From Vicugna vicugna (taxonomy: Eukaryota): a stretch of 64,000 nucleotides of DNA. The position numbers were made by a program, and so were the translations under genes. This document shows, one piece after another, positions 1 through 13,334 of the stretch. The notes beneath the pieces were generated by a model that was not told the DNA's origin, ran no database searches, and saw nothing but the letters and a program-made list of their open reading frames with translations. Position 1 is the stretch's first letter, and the number at the start of each line of letters is the position of its first letter. The DNA lies in NCBI GenBank assembly GCA_013265495.1, contig MU057887.1, positions 2,575,576-2,639,575 of the forward strand, read 5' to 3'.

Positions 1-178
1 AATGTGGTGGAAAGGAGGGAGAAAGGAGTTTGGTCTCACGAGAACATCAACTTCGTGAGAGCAAGGACATGAGTCCTTCACTGAGGTTCTTCCAGCATCT
101 CAGCAGGCCTGGAAGCAGGGGATGCCTGTTAGATAGAAGTGGAAGGAGAGGGAGGAAAGGAGGGAGGGAGGGGGAGGG

Positions 179-287
179 NNNNNNNNNNNNNNNNNNNNNN
201 NNNNNNNNNNNNNNNNNNNNNNNNNNNNNNNNNNNNNNNNNNNNNNNNNNNNNNNNNNNNNNNNNNNNNNNNNNNNNNNNNNNNNNN
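179..287. other. Assembly gap (109 N) flanked by G/A-rich low-complexity sequence
   Basis: Run of N; the flanks are ggagggagggagggggaggg and gcggaggggggagggag. Confidence 0.99.
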
Positions 288-979
288 GCGGAGGGGGGAG
301 GGAGACATCCCTTTGCCCTCAGACTGTCCTGAGGCCACATCTGGGCCCCTCACGGGGACAGTCTGTAAACGCCCCACCTCACCAAAGGCGCCTCAACTTC
401 TCTTTGGAAGGAGGGGGACTCAAGCTGCCTCTAACTCAACCACCGCGTCCCTCTTGGTGGACCCCTCTCGCTTTGGGAGACACAAGCTGACACCCAGCGG
501 GTGACCCCGTGGCTTCAGAGCTGCCCCAAAGTCACCCCATTTAAAGCCCGCTGTGCTTTCAGCGCCCGGAGGCGATGTGTCCCTTGCCCCTGGGGAGGTG
601 TGAGTGCTGACATTCCCTCAACAAGTAAGGACGTGTGTTACGCATGCTGAGCGCGGCCCTGAGTTTGGGGTGAGAGACAGGGTCAGACTGGCAGTGTGGG
701 AGGAACGGGTTTCCCTCTGCCAGAGCGGGGCTGGCAGAAGCCGCCGGCTCACGGCCAGGTGGGGTGGCCAGCGCCGGTCACCAGCGAGCCGGGGAAGCCC
801 CGGGGTGGCCAAGCAGGGATGGGGGTGGGTGAGTCCATTTTCATTCGGGCTAGGATAAAGAAAAGTCTATTTGTAAACAGACCTACATGAAAATAAACAC
901 GAAACGAATACATGTATAAATAAGAATAAAAATGCAGTATCAATAAAACCTGCAGACACCCTCCCTGCCACTCACTAGC

Positions 980-1770
980 CAAGGAGGAGGCGGATGGCGT
1001 GAACCGTGGGGCGGACGGGCGCCTGCTGCGCCCTCCGGCTCAGCCTGCCCGCTGGGCTCGCGCGGAAAACGTTTCCCGCCTCCCGGCGCTGTGCAAGGGG
1101 TTCAGCTTTTCTCCTGTAAGTAAAACGTTTGTTCCCCCCAAGCACTGGCAGGGCTGGGCTGGAGCCTCGCCGGAGGCACGTGATGATGACGAGGCGTGGG
1201 AGAGGCCGGGGTCTTTGGGGCGCGCGGGACACACCCCAACGCGGACGCGGCGGGCAGACGTGCCCCCACCTCGTCACGCACGGAGACGGGAGGAAGGCTG
1301 GCGGCTTCGAGGACGGCCCTCCCGGCCCCCCTGGCGGAGGCCGGCCCCCCGCCGGGGCAAGCCTGCGCCCTGACCGCTGGGATCCCGAGCGGAAGCCTCT
1401 GTGCTCGGCCTTGGCCCTGAGATGCGCACACTCGGACCACCTCATCGCCGTGCGATGCTCCGCAGCAGGCGCGCTGCTGAGGGTGAAACCTCTTACAATA
1501 AACAAACAAGTTGGCTCTACAAAGACGATCACCAGAGACGTGGCTCCACGGAGCTGCTGCCCTTCCTGGGCGGCGGACCTCCGCACATCTCCGCCCGGCC
1601 CGGCGCACGGACGCCAGGTGTCTGGCGGCGGCTGCGGGGACCCGGAGCCGCCCGGGGAAACAAAAGCCAGGTCTCTCCGCTTAGCTTCCCGACGGCACCT
1701 GACTGGGGCGACCTGGAGACAAGTGGGCGCAGGGCTCTGAGTGACACCGCGCTTTGTCACGGCAGCTCTC
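980..1770. promoter_or_regulatory. CpG island (orphan; possible promoter or enhancer)
   Basis: Dense CpG over about 800 bp. E-box CACGTG at 1177-1182, ETS-like CGGAAG near 1390, and SOX/forkhead-like ACAATAAACAAACAA at 1495-1509. Confidence 0.6.
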
Positions 1771-3399
1771 ACTGCAGCCTGACTTCTCACACCAGCTCCC
1801 TCTCAACCTCGACGGGCTGGTCCTCGCCCCAGCGTGGCTCTGGCCTCCCCGGCGGACTGCCCACTGGGGGACAACGAATTTGCTCTCTGGGACCCAAGAG
1901 GTCTCCAGAACGCTGCAGAAATTCAGGGCAGGGAGGAAAGGCAGAAATTTCATCCAAACTCTAGAGGCTTTCTCTAACACGCTGAGACACGACAGACACT
2001 CTGTTAGAAGCTGGAAAAGGCGCTGAATGTGGAATCAGGAGGCTTGGGGCCCAGCGACCCTGACAGCGCGACCTCGAACACACGCTGCGCGACCGCCTGC
2101 CTGGGGGAAGGGTGCTTGCCTCCGGAACGAACGGAGACGCCCTTTGCTCTCTTGGCAAACACCCAGGCTGCATTTTCAGAGGGGCGGGTCCATGGACAGC
2201 CCAAGGATGGAGTGCAGGCAAGGGCGTCCCCAGGGGAAGGGGAGAGAGCAGGAGGGGACAAGTGCGCCACACATGGGATGTGTGCGGCGGGGCGCAAGGG
2301 CTGGACCAGCGCCTACCACCTCCGCCTCACTCAGCCCTGTCAGCACAGGGTGGAAATTTCCCAAGTGAATGGACTGAAGAACGTGGAGGCTTCTGGGAAA
2401 ACAGACGTAGGACTCTGAGGCAGTGACAAGGTGCCCCTTGAAGAAGGCATCCTTACAGTGGAGAGAAGATAAGGTGTTGGAATACCAACTTTCAAAGCAT
2501 CTCCCGGGTGGGATGGGGGCCCGGGGGCCGGTGAGGACCCGGCCGGCGCTGCCCCCCAGTCCTGCCTGGCCCGCGAGCTGTCAGTTCTGAGAACAACCGG
2601 CCACAAGCTTTGCTGCTGGGCAGCCTTTCGCCAGCTACCCCGTGAGTCTTCCGTTTCTCAGGGAAGAGAAGTCTCTCGAGTCCCACCTCCTCCAGGCCTC
2701 CCAAGCACAGCCGCCACTCACACCCCAGGGCTGCATCTTGGAACCCGGCGTTCCCTCTCTGGGGCCGACCCGGAGGCCGTCACCCACAGCAGCAACACTG
2801 GCTTCCTTCTCCTTACAGCGCGCGGGCGCCTGAAGCGGTGCCGGTGCACGTACACCCTGGGCCGGGGTGGGCGTGTGTGTCTGAGTCGGGGTTCGCCCCG
2901 AGCCACGGGCGCCCACTTACTCCAAGCCCAGCACCGCACCCAGCGGACTTGGAGGGGAGATGTTGTGTGCGGTCGCCATGGAAACATTCTCCCCCACCCC
3001 ACCCCCACTTGCCACTCCCTGGTTTTAAGCTTAGTTCTGTAAAAACATGCAATTCAGCTGGCAGGAGCTTTCAGATTTAAATATAGAGATTGGATTAAAT
3101 TGGTGTTGAAACTGTGTTTGAATCCATAGTGCGAGAAACGAATAAAACCTGATAATGTTATGGAATGTGGGAGAAAATAAGGCGGGGGTTAGAGCCACAT
3201 CAGACTCTGTCTTCAATGTCAAGCGCTGCTCGATTTAGCTTCAGTGTTTGCTGCTGCGTTAACGTGTGTGCTAAGATAGCTTTAAGAGGAAAATTAAGGT
3301 TTTCTTTTTTTTTTTTAATTAAGTGAGACTCTAAGTTCTGCTTACATAATGTATTTTTTGTGTCAGCTTGCGGTAGAGTGCCCGAAGGCTGCAGCCTCA

Positions 3400-4230
3400 C
3401 TCCTCCCTCCTGTCCCTGAAATTTGAGTTGCCCTTGGGACCTGCTTTAGCCAATGAATGGAGCAGAAGAGGTCCTGGCCTCCGTGCCGTGAGGACACCGG
3501 CCGTCCACGTCGCTCCAGCCCACAGTCCAGGGAGTGGGACCATCAGCTGACCTCGGACACGTGCGGCACCAGAACTGCCCGCTGAGCCCAAGCCAAACTG
3601 TGAGCTCTCAGAACTATGAGTAAATACATGATGGCTGGGGTTTCTTTTTTTTTAATTTTTTATTGATGTGCAGTTGATTTACAACGTTAGTTATAGGTGT
3701 ACAGTCAAGTGATTCAGTTACACATATATACACACATGTACTTTTCTTTTCAGATCCTTTCCCATTATATGTTAATACAAGAAATTGAAATAGTTTCCTG
3801 TCCTTACAGCAGGGCCTTGCTGTTTATCTGTTTTATACACAGTAGCGTGTGTCCGTTAATCCCTAACCTAATTTATCCCTCCCCGCCCTTTTCCCTTTGG
3901 TGACCATAGTTTGTTTTCTATGTCCATGAGTCTGTTTTTGGTTTGCAAATAGACTTTGTATCTTTTTTTTTAGATTCCACACAGACATGGAAACAACCTA
4001 AATGTCCATCGACAGATGACTGGATAAAGACGACGTGGTCTATATATACAATGGAGTATTACTCAGCCATAAAAAAGACTAAAATAATGTCACTTGCAGC
4101 AACATACATGGGCCTAGAGATCATCATATCGAGTGAAGTAAGTCAGACAGAGAAAGACAGATACATGCATGTTGTTTTAAGATACAAAGTTTTGAGGTGC
4201 TTTCTGTGCGACAAAGACTAACAGCAACAA
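3400..4230 (+). mobile_element. MaLR (MLT1-type) solo LTR, split by an L1 insertion at 3641-4168
   Basis: MLT1-like motifs ctttagccaatgaatg and ctgagcccaagccaaactg...agaactatgagtaaata. The LTR 3' end gttgttttaag...ttttgaggtg...ctaacagcaaca resumes at about 4170. Confidence 0.7.
3641..4168 (-). mobile_element. 5'-truncated LINE-1 with 5' inversion (3641-3980 minus, 3981-4168 plus)
   Basis: Poly-T followed by the reverse-strand L1 3'UTR, then a plus-strand ORF2 C-terminus (TWKQPKCPSTDDWIK...YYSAIKK...LEIIISSEVSQTEKD). Confidence 0.92.
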
Positions 4231-5249
4231 GGTCCAACCGTAAAGCATTCGGTTATCTTTGTTGAAGGAAGTAGGAAAAAAAAAAAAACAGCCGTTGCTT
4301 CCCTCTTTAATGTAGGACACTGAATGGCGTCTGGATGAACAGGGACTGTTGCTTCATGGAAACCCCATGAAGTGGAGATCCTACAATCGTCTGAGACCTT
4401 CCGGCCCCTGGCTGTCTCTCCATGAGAGGACAAGTAGGCCCTCCAAGCCAAGCCCCCGGGGGGCTAAGCTACAGGGGGCTCCAAGCTGCTGCCCGGCCTC
4501 GGGCTGGTCTGAGCATCGAGTGGAAATGGGCCACCAGTGGGCTTGGGCACGTTCCTTGTAGAGCAGTCTGGACATTTTTGTGCAGGCTGTCATGGTCATG
4601 AACTTGACTGTCCAAACAGTGCTGAGGGAACCGCAGGATGACAGCCGAGTGGCCCTCCGCCCAGGCTCCCAGCCGCAGTGGGCACTTCCGTCAGTTGACC
4701 GAGGAAACAGCAGGGCCCCTGGCTCTTGGCGCACGTGGACCTCAAGCAGAAGGAGAGCCAGCCTGGGGTCGGAAGGCCTTCTGAGTTGAGGTCTGCTGAC
4801 CATAGCTCTCAAGATGCTGGCCTGGGCCTGAGCTTTATTCAGGGCACATGTGAAGCTGGGCGGAGGTCCTCCCGGTGCCTCGTCTGCGGGACCATCCTCG
4901 GCACTTTGTAATGTCACTCAGTGCCCAGGAAATATCTGTGAATGATGATGAGAGTTACTGTCTTTGGATAAGTCTCGCACTGAGGACCGGAACGCGCATG
5001 GAGATTATAAACGTTCCCACAGTGCGGTTTTCCCACCACGCACTTGACTTGTACACGGCCCCTCCCCCACTCCACTCTGCGTCATACTGGGTGTCTTTAC
5101 CATGGAAATGGGAAAAAGCAGGCGCGCCGCCAGGGTCTGCTCCTGCTCGCTGCTGCTTCTGAGAAACACTCGGAGGCTCGGATGGGCAATCTGGCTGGTG
5201 TATTAATGAGTTTTACCATTTTTGAATACAGAAGGCATCAGACGTGCAC

Positions 5250-5430
5250 TTGTAATCCCATCTGATCTCGCCAACAACCCTTCCAGGCAAATGGCATTAT
5301 CCTGTGTTAGACATTAAGACACGGGGCTCAGGGAGGACAAATCCCTGCCAAGGTCAAAAGGCAGGGATGGAGGACCGCCGGGCTGGATGTGACACAGAGA
5401 AGAGGGTGGGTCAGAGCCCGGTCTGGCGCT
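5250..5430 (-). mobile_element. MIR SINE relic
   Basis: caacaaccct...cattatcc...ggggctcagggagg...tgccaaggtca resembles the reverse MIR core. Confidence 0.55.
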
Positions 5431-6499
5431 GCCTCCTACCTTTCCAAGGAGCCCCTCACTCTGATGTCTTTTCCAAGGTACCCAGACGACTCCAGCTGAG
5501 AGAGAACAGATCCCATTTGCATGTTTCTTGAAAAACAACCATTTGGGGTTGTACAAAGTATTCAGGATTCAGACACGCATCTCGAAATGATTTGGGAATG
5601 TGTGCTTATGAACACCCAAAATGCTGCATCAGGAGGGACGTGCTGGGTGACGTTCAGGGGCGGCCGTGGACCATCTGCCACGGGGCAGCCTGTGCCAGCA
5701 CGGTCCCGCACGTGACTGCCAGCACCGCGGCAAGAAGGCATCCTAACACAGCTCCCCGGTGTCCTCGCCCCTTGTCGTACATTTCTGCACCGGCCACCAG
5801 GGTGCTGGACTTCCAGGGAGAACTCCAACCCGCCAGATCATGTTTAATTCACGTGGGCAACGCCCACATTTCAGTTATTTTTGTAAGTCTAAGATATTAT
5901 TACCGAGCAGCAGAACAGTCAGCTAATTACCACTCGGTTGAGTTGCCTGCCTTTGTCATTAAGGCAGGAGCAACATCTTGCTAATTCTATGTCTAATTCC
6001 AAGAGGCGTCCTGCTGCACCTGCTCCACCAGTTGGCTGGCTCCAGAGAGAGGTGGGACGTCCCCCCATCTCATGTGCTCAATGGCAAGGAACCTCCTGTG
6101 TGTCGTCCACAGGGAGACGTCCACACCATTTGACCCCAGGCGTCCCCAGCCCATCAGAGATACAGCTTCCACGTCCGCACGTCCGCCAGTATCCTCGGGG
6201 ACATTTTCCGACCAGGTGATGTAGAGCTGCACAACTCAGCCTGAGGTGGGGCGAGACCGTCCTCAGGAGAGAATCCAGTGCGGCGTGACTTCAGGCTTCA
6301 CGCTGAGGCATCGTGGAGTGAAGGACCCTCTGCCCGGGGCTAGGGGTGGGATGTGGGGAGCTTGTGATGACACCCGCCTTGCATTGTGAGAATGAAGTAA
6401 GGGAATAAAAGCGGCGCCCTTAGGACAGTGGTATCTGACCCCGTGGGTGACATCGCCGTCAGCACCAGGGGCAGCAGGCGGTCCCCAGGGCTGGCTGTA

Positions 6500-6860
6500 C
6501 CGGCTCCTCCCCGGGGGACGTGCTGCTGGGCGCACCAGCAGGGGGCCTCTGACCCCCACCGTTTGAACCTGGCCGGTCTTAGTCACTTAGTGGACCAACG
6601 GAATGTGGAGGAAGTGACCTTCTGGGGACCCCGACTCCATCAGCAATCCACGCAGCTTGTGCCCGGGTCTCCTGGGTGACCTCCCCGGGGAACCTGGCCA
6701 CCGCCGCTCACGGGGACGTGCCAGTCGGCCGCCCCGGCTCAGCCCCAGCCCGCAGAGTCCCCTCTCCGCTGTGGGACCGTCTTTTCCTCAGCCTTCCCGA
6801 GGCATAACTGACGTGCGGCCCGGTGCCAGTCCCAGGCGCACCGCGGTGACTTGACTTCCG
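6500..6860 (+). mobile_element. Degenerate MaLR (MLT1-type) LTR fragment
   Basis: ttgaacctggccggtcttagtcacttagtggaccaacggaatgtggaggaagtgac resembles the MLT1 5' region. Confidence 0.45.
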
Positions 6861-6879
6861 TACGTCGTGGGACAATCGC

Positions 6880-9575
6880 CACAGCAGACTCGGTGAACGC
6901 CCGCCGTCTCGTACAGACACAACACTGAAGAAATAGAAACGCTTTCTTCCTCGTGATGAGAACTCTCAGGACTGACCCTCTCCACAACCGTCAGGCATGA
7001 CGCCCAGCAGCGTGAACTGCCGCTGTCCTGCTGTGCGTGACACCCCTGCCGCTCATCCCATAACTGCAAGCGTGCGCCCTTTGACCCCCTCCACCTAACT
7101 CCCCTCCCCCCACCCCCTTCTCTAGTGACCTCGAATCTGGTCTCTTTTTCTATGACTTTGTTTCTTTGTTTGTAAAGTGTAACTGGCTTATGCTTATGGC
7201 ACTACGTTGGCTCCTGGTACACGACACGGTGATTCGCTATCTCTCTACAGTTTTAAATGCGCGTCATAGGCAGCCTAGCTATGACGTGTCGCCGCACAAA
7301 GACATTGCGTAACTGTTAGCCACGCTCCTCCCCCTGGGCTTTTCAGCCCCAAGACCCAGTTACTTCCTAGCTGGAAGTTTGTACCCCTTCATCCCCCACA
7401 CCTGCTCCTCCCTCCCCTCCCCCCCAGCCCCTCTGGCAACCGCCTGTTAGGTCTCCGTATCTATGCCTCTGTTTCTGTTTAGTTATGTTTGCTGATTTGC
7501 TCTGTTCTTTAGATTCCACGTAAAAGTGAAATCATATAGTATTTGTCTTTATCTGACTCATTTCACTTAGTTTAATACTTTCTAGGTCCATCCGCACTGT
7601 TACAAGTGGAAAAATTTCATTTTTGTGTGTGGCTGAGTAGTAGTGCACTGTGTGCATGTATCACATACATATATATACACACACACATATATGTACACAT
7701 GACTCGTTTATCCAGCCTTCTGCTGTTGGACACTTAGGCTGCTTCCACATCTCGGCTACTGTGAATGGTGCTGCTGTGAACACTGGAGTGTGTGCATTTT
7801 TTTCTAATTAGTGTTTTCCTTTTCTTTCAATAAATAGCCCCAAGTGGAATTGCTGGATTGTATGGTAATTACATTTAAAATTTTCTTAGGAATCCCCACA
7901 ATGTTTCTTATAGCATTAGAACCAGCTGACAGTCCCACCAACAGTGCGTGAAGGTGCCCCTTCCTCCACCCCCTTGCCAGCACTCGTCTGTGGTCTTTTG
8001 GATGATAACTGCTCTGACAGGTGTGAGGCGGCGTCTCGTCGTGGTTTTGATTTGCACTTCCCTGTTGTAGAGCATCTTTTCGGGTGCCTGTTTGCCATCT
8101 GTACATCTTTGGAAACCGTCTGTGTCCTCTGCCCATGGTTTAATTGGGTTGTGTATTCTTTTCACATTGAGTGGCAAGGGTTCTTTGTATATTTGGGATG
8201 TTAACCCCTTGTCGGATATTGCACCTGCAAAATATTCTCCCATTTGTTTCACTGATGGTTTCCTTTGCTGTGCAAAAGCTTTTTAGTTTGATATAGTCTC
8301 ATTTCTTTATTTTTGCTTTTGTTTCCCTTGCCTGAGGAGACATATCCAAAAAAAAGTTGCTAAGACTGATTCAAAGAGCAAACTGCCTATGTTTTCTTCT
8401 AAATGTGCTATGGTTTCAGGTCTTACAATTAGGTCTCTAACCCACTTTGAGTTTATTTTTGTCTGTGGTGTTAGAGAATGTTCTAATTTCATTCTTTTAC
8501 ATGTAGCTTCCCAGTTTTCCCAAAACCATTTATTGAAGAGACTGTCTCTTCCGCACTGTATATTCTCGTGTCTTTTGATGTAGACTAACTGCCCACATCA
8601 ATGTGGGTCATTTCTGGGCTCTCTGTTCTGTTCTGTTGAGCTATGTGTCTGTTTCTGTGCAGTTGCCATACTGTTTTGATGGCTGCAGCTTTGAAGTATA
8701 GTTTTAAATCAAGGCAAATGATGCTTCCTCTTATGTTCTTCTTCCTTAAGATTGTTTTGGCTGTTTGGGGTCCTTTGTATTTCCACACAGATTTTAGAAT
8801 TGTTTGTTCCAGTTCTGTGAAAAGTGCCAGTGGTATATTGGTAAGGATTGCACTGAATATGTAAAAGCCTTGGGTGGCATGTTCATTTAAACAATATTAA
8901 TTCTTCCACACCATGAACACGGTGTATCTTTTCATCTGTTGGTGTTGCCTTCAGTTCCTTTCCTCAGTGTGTTACAGTTTGCCGAGCACAGGTCTTCTAC
9001 CTCCTTGGTTAGACTTATTCCCAAGTATGGAGTATTTTAGATGGGATTGTGATGGGATGAGTTTCTTAATTTCTCTTTATGAAAGTGAAGTATTGGTGTG
9101 TAGAGATGCGACAGATCTCTGCATATTCATTTTCTATCCCACGACTTTACCAAATTCATTGATGAGTTCTAAGTGTTTTGGTGGCATCTTTAGAATTTTC
9201 TTTGTATAGTATCATGTCGTATGTAAACAGTGACAGTTTTCTTTCTTCTGTATTTGTGTCTCTTATATTTCTTTTTCTTCTCTGATTGCTGTGGCTAAGA
9301 CTTCCAATACTATGTTGAATGAACAGTTGTGAGAGTGAGCTGCCTTGTCTTGTTCCCGGTCTTAGAAGAATGCTGTTAGCTTTTCACCATTGAGTGTGAT
9401 GCTGGCTGTGGGGTTGTCATATGTGGCCTTTATTATGTTGAGGTACGTTCCCTCTAGACCCACTTTGTTGAGAGTTTATCATAAATGAATGCTGGATTTT
9501 GTCAAAAAGTTTTTTCTGCACCTATTGGGATGATCGTATGATTTTTATTCTTTAGTTTGTTGCTTTGGTATATCG
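6880..9575 (-). mobile_element. LINE-1 3' ~2.7 kb (L1MA9-like); ORF2 disrupted
   Basis: ORF2 peptides on the minus strand ([31 protein letters not shown]...DLKLYFKAAAIKTVW). 3'UTR motifs gtgatgagaact and ctggaagtttgtaccc. Confidence 0.93.
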
Positions 9576-10959
9576 CTGCCTGGAGCTTCAGCAAGATGCC
9601 CTACTCAGCTGAAATGTCCACATCCCTGCCCAGGCTGGTCAGCCATGAGGTCACTCCCATCCAAGGCAGCTGGGGAGGTGGGTCAGGAGAGCTGAGAAGA
9701 TAGAGGAACCTTGAAGTTTCTGGAATGATAGGTACTACTGTCGTGTCAAGGCCCCACACATGGAAAGATGGAGGGAGGAGAGACATGTTTGGGCCCCTCC
9801 CTCACCACGTCCCCAGTTTAAACTCCTCAGTGCCTTCCTCTGCAGTCTGAGCTCAGATGCCCAAATGTCCTGTCATTGGTCTGGGCTCCACTGCCCTCTG
9901 ACCCTTGGGTTCTAGCTCTGCCCTCTCTTTCCAAGGAAGGCCCTCCTGATTTCCTGCCTGTAGAGGACTGTATGTCCCACATGCTGTGTGCACTCCCCAT
10001 GGGGCTGTGTGTCCAGCCCCCCCTGACCTCTGCTTCCATGGTGACATCACCTGATGGACTGTGTGCTCAGTGCTGAGGACAGATGACGATAATATTGCCT
10101 CTTGTCCTTTAAATGGGGATTTTTGAAGGAGAAGTTATTTTATCACAGAGGAGCACCTCTATACTGGATGTCCGGTCATTAATGGCTCAGAGGCTGGGGG
10201 ACCATGGGGCTCAGAGCTCAGTGTCAACCAGGAGAGGAAGGGAAGCCTGTGTGTGTCATAAAGGAGAGGAGCTGCCCTTCTGGAATCCTCACTGAGGAAC
10301 AGAAGTCACAACAGCAAAGCCTCTGCAGACAGAAGTGAGCCAGGCAGCAGCTCGGAGGCGTCCCCCACCCCCATCCAGGATGCTCACACATGCCTGGCCC
10401 TTCCAATGGACACTAAAGCCAGTCATATTCGTCACCTAGAGGGGACACGAGCCTCAGAGGGACAGACTCCTTGGAGAGCTGATGTCAAGTAGAATACAAC
10501 TGCTATACAGTCAGGTAACAGGGTCTGAGACGTGCCATGGGGAGCGCTATCAACCATGCCCTCTGTGCAATCAGCGCAGTAAACCAGCGACTGTTGCTGT
10601 AATTAAAGTGCTTTTAATAATAACGGACCTTCGTGTTTGTGGAACACTGAAGCATGCTTGAGTACTGTCATAAAATGGAGGAAAATAAAGGAACACTTGA
10701 TTCTTCATTAAATCCTAAAATGTTCTCACTCTGAGGCAAGTAAAATCAACCATCCATCCAACAAACATTTCCTACGTACAGATGTGGACGGTGGGCAACT
10801 GGGTGACTTCAACACAACTGCACAAGCATATTCAAAGGCACAGATATTGAAACAGAGCCTTCCGTGTAAAATTCTTAATAATGTTGTCTGAAATTTTGCT
10901 TAATAAATATTATTGCGCAAATGGAGAATTAAATGGATGAAGACTGAACGGCTAGTGAA

Positions 10960-11130
10960 GCAGATTATGAGTATTGTATTCCAATTCGACATGGAAGAGA
11001 AAGAGATGTGCATCCTTGGATGACAAATGGCCTCAAAGAGCTGGAGCAGCAACCACTTTGGAAAAACTGACACTAAACAGGAATGGGAGCAAAGTTCTAC
11101 GCTTGAGCCTAGGAACAATTAAAACTTGCC
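10960..11130 (+). mobile_element. CR1/L3 LINE relic
   Basis: aaatggcctcaaagagctggagcag...taaacaggaatgggagcaaagttctacgcttgag resembles the CR1/L3 reverse transcriptase region. Confidence 0.45.
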
Positions 11131-12079
11131 CCTCATACATATGACAAGACCTTATTTCTTCTCAGCAGCTCTGGTGTCAGTGGCCCGGGAGGATTCATTG
11201 CCTGCAAGTTCAACACCAGCCAGCAGGCTTACCACACACACTACATGAGCCCAGAGGGACATGTCCACACCGGTTTGCACTAGTTGGGGTCGCAGATGCA
11301 GGGAGACTTCCTTATCTGCAAGTTGAATCCGGCTACCGGAAAATCCAGCTCCAAAAGGTGTCTTTCCATTGTCTTTCAAAGCAGGGGCAGCCTCGTTCCA
11401 CAACATTTGGACCAGCACTGAGCGAGGTCATCTTCCAAAGTCACAGCCAAACTCTTCTCTGGGGCCATGTTGTGCTCTCAGATACGTTCACATGTGATAT
11501 GATGTGAGAGCAAGAGAAACATCTGCCTGAAATTTCAAGTTGGAAATCACATTCTTTGCCTTTTCTTCTTTTTCAATTTTCAGCCAAAAGGGTAATGCAA
11601 CCCTGCTTACAATTTCTACTTATTCTTGCTTGTGGACGGAAACTCCTTTCCCTGTGGTCCACCCTCACATGACCTCATACTGTGAAGGTTCGGCTTCGGC
11701 AAGGGGACAGCCACTGTTCGGCGGGCAAGGAGCCCACCCTTGGAGTTGGTTTTCCCAGCTATCTGATGAGGCTGCACTGGGGTGTCTGCTGAGCAGGAAT
11801 GACATTGGGCCATAGAAAAGGCAGCTGACTTGGCTAAAGCCACAGGGCTATGAAGTTGAATGGTCCAAAATGACAATATTTGACTGTTTTTGGACATACA
11901 CAAATAACAATTTTATAGAGTTCAAACCAGTAAGAAAATAATGCAGCCAAGATGCAGGCTTAGATTTTCTAAACTTAAAGTTTAGTTCTTTTTGAGTAAA
12001 TAATCAATCTTTTGGGGGGGAAACGGATATTTACCCTCTTACATTAACTCCTTAACCTCCTTCCAGCTTGTGTAGCTGG

Positions 12080-12385
12080 AGCCTCACGAACCCCTTGAGG
12101 GTGGCCAGGTGTGAGGTTAACCTGATCTGAATGAGGACCCAGGCTCTGAGGAGGCCCTGACGAGACAGAGGTCAGCAGCTCCCCCGGACAAAGGGAATCG
12201 CTGTCCCAGAGAAGCTAGGACTCAGGTTTTGGATCGCATGTCTCTTCAAACGTTTGCAACGGCCCAGGGTTACATTTCATTCCTCCATGTTGCACTGTGA
12301 AGCTGAGGTCCAAAATCACACATGGAGCCAACTACGGTGGGATTTTTGCCCAAGTCTGACTCACCCTAAAAGTCCACATTCTGTC
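12080..12385 (-). mobile_element. MIR fragments
   Basis: cctcacgaacccc...atgaggacccaggctctgagg and gctgaggtccaaaatcacac...gatttttgcccaagtctgactc. Confidence 0.45.
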
Positions 12386-13174
12386 TTCCTAACCCACACC
12401 TTCCACTCAGCCTCCCAACCTCCAGGACAGGCTGTCTGATTAACGCAAGACGCATCACCAAGAAGGAGGTGAGCGCTCCCCCCAAGTGTTGGGAGGAAGT
12501 TCCTGAAAACCCTAGATGTGGAGGGAATCCGCCCACCAGGCGTGCAACGCAGCGCCCAGGTCTCAGCCAACTCCAACTGCAAATCTGTTACATGCACTCA
12601 TTTTCCCCCAAATGCAGTACTGCTTTCAGAAGACTTAATGACACGTGTTTTCAGTAATCATTACTAACCTTATTACATCTCAGCAATGCTCCAAACCAGA
12701 GCAAGAATTCAATTGCAGCGTGTCCTGAAATGATCTTGCAAAAGAGAGAGGTGAAATTCCCAAGTCTGACAAGCAATTCTGAGTGCAATATCTGTGAAGA
12801 CCACGGTAATTGTTTGCTTGTGCCACCTTGGGAGGCGGCATCTGCAGCCCTGGGCAGAGCTTACACAGCGGAGTGCTTGTGATGAGGCACCCCACTGGTT
12901 ACTCATAAAAGATTTACAAATATGCCAACAACGAACCTTGGATATGAACTGGGGAGGAATCTGACAGCCTTCCTGTCTCAAGAACCCGTATCTGTGGGGA
13001 TGAGATGTTAGGAGTCTTGCATTGGGATTGCATGGAGCAAGGCTCCAATGACATTCCTGCCACTGCTTGTCCCCAGCCATCACCTTCTGCCTCTTGGTGT
13101 GTGAATCCCTTGCCTTCAGGACAAACAGGTTGACTGAGCCTAGCACCTGGTATGTGGTGAGTATGCAATGTAAT

Positions 13175-13334
13175 TATCATCACCATCCTCATCACAACCA
13201 TCATTATCACCATCACCACCATCACCACCACCACCATCACCACCACCATCCTCATCACCAGCACCATCCTCATCATCACCACCATCCTCATCACCACCAC
13301 CATCACCACCATCACCACCACCATCATCATCATC
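13175..13334 (+). repeat. Imperfect (CAC/CAT)n trinucleotide microsatellite
   Basis: About 160 bp of catcaccaccat..., which produces the spurious poly-His and poly-Met/Val ORFs. Confidence 0.97.
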
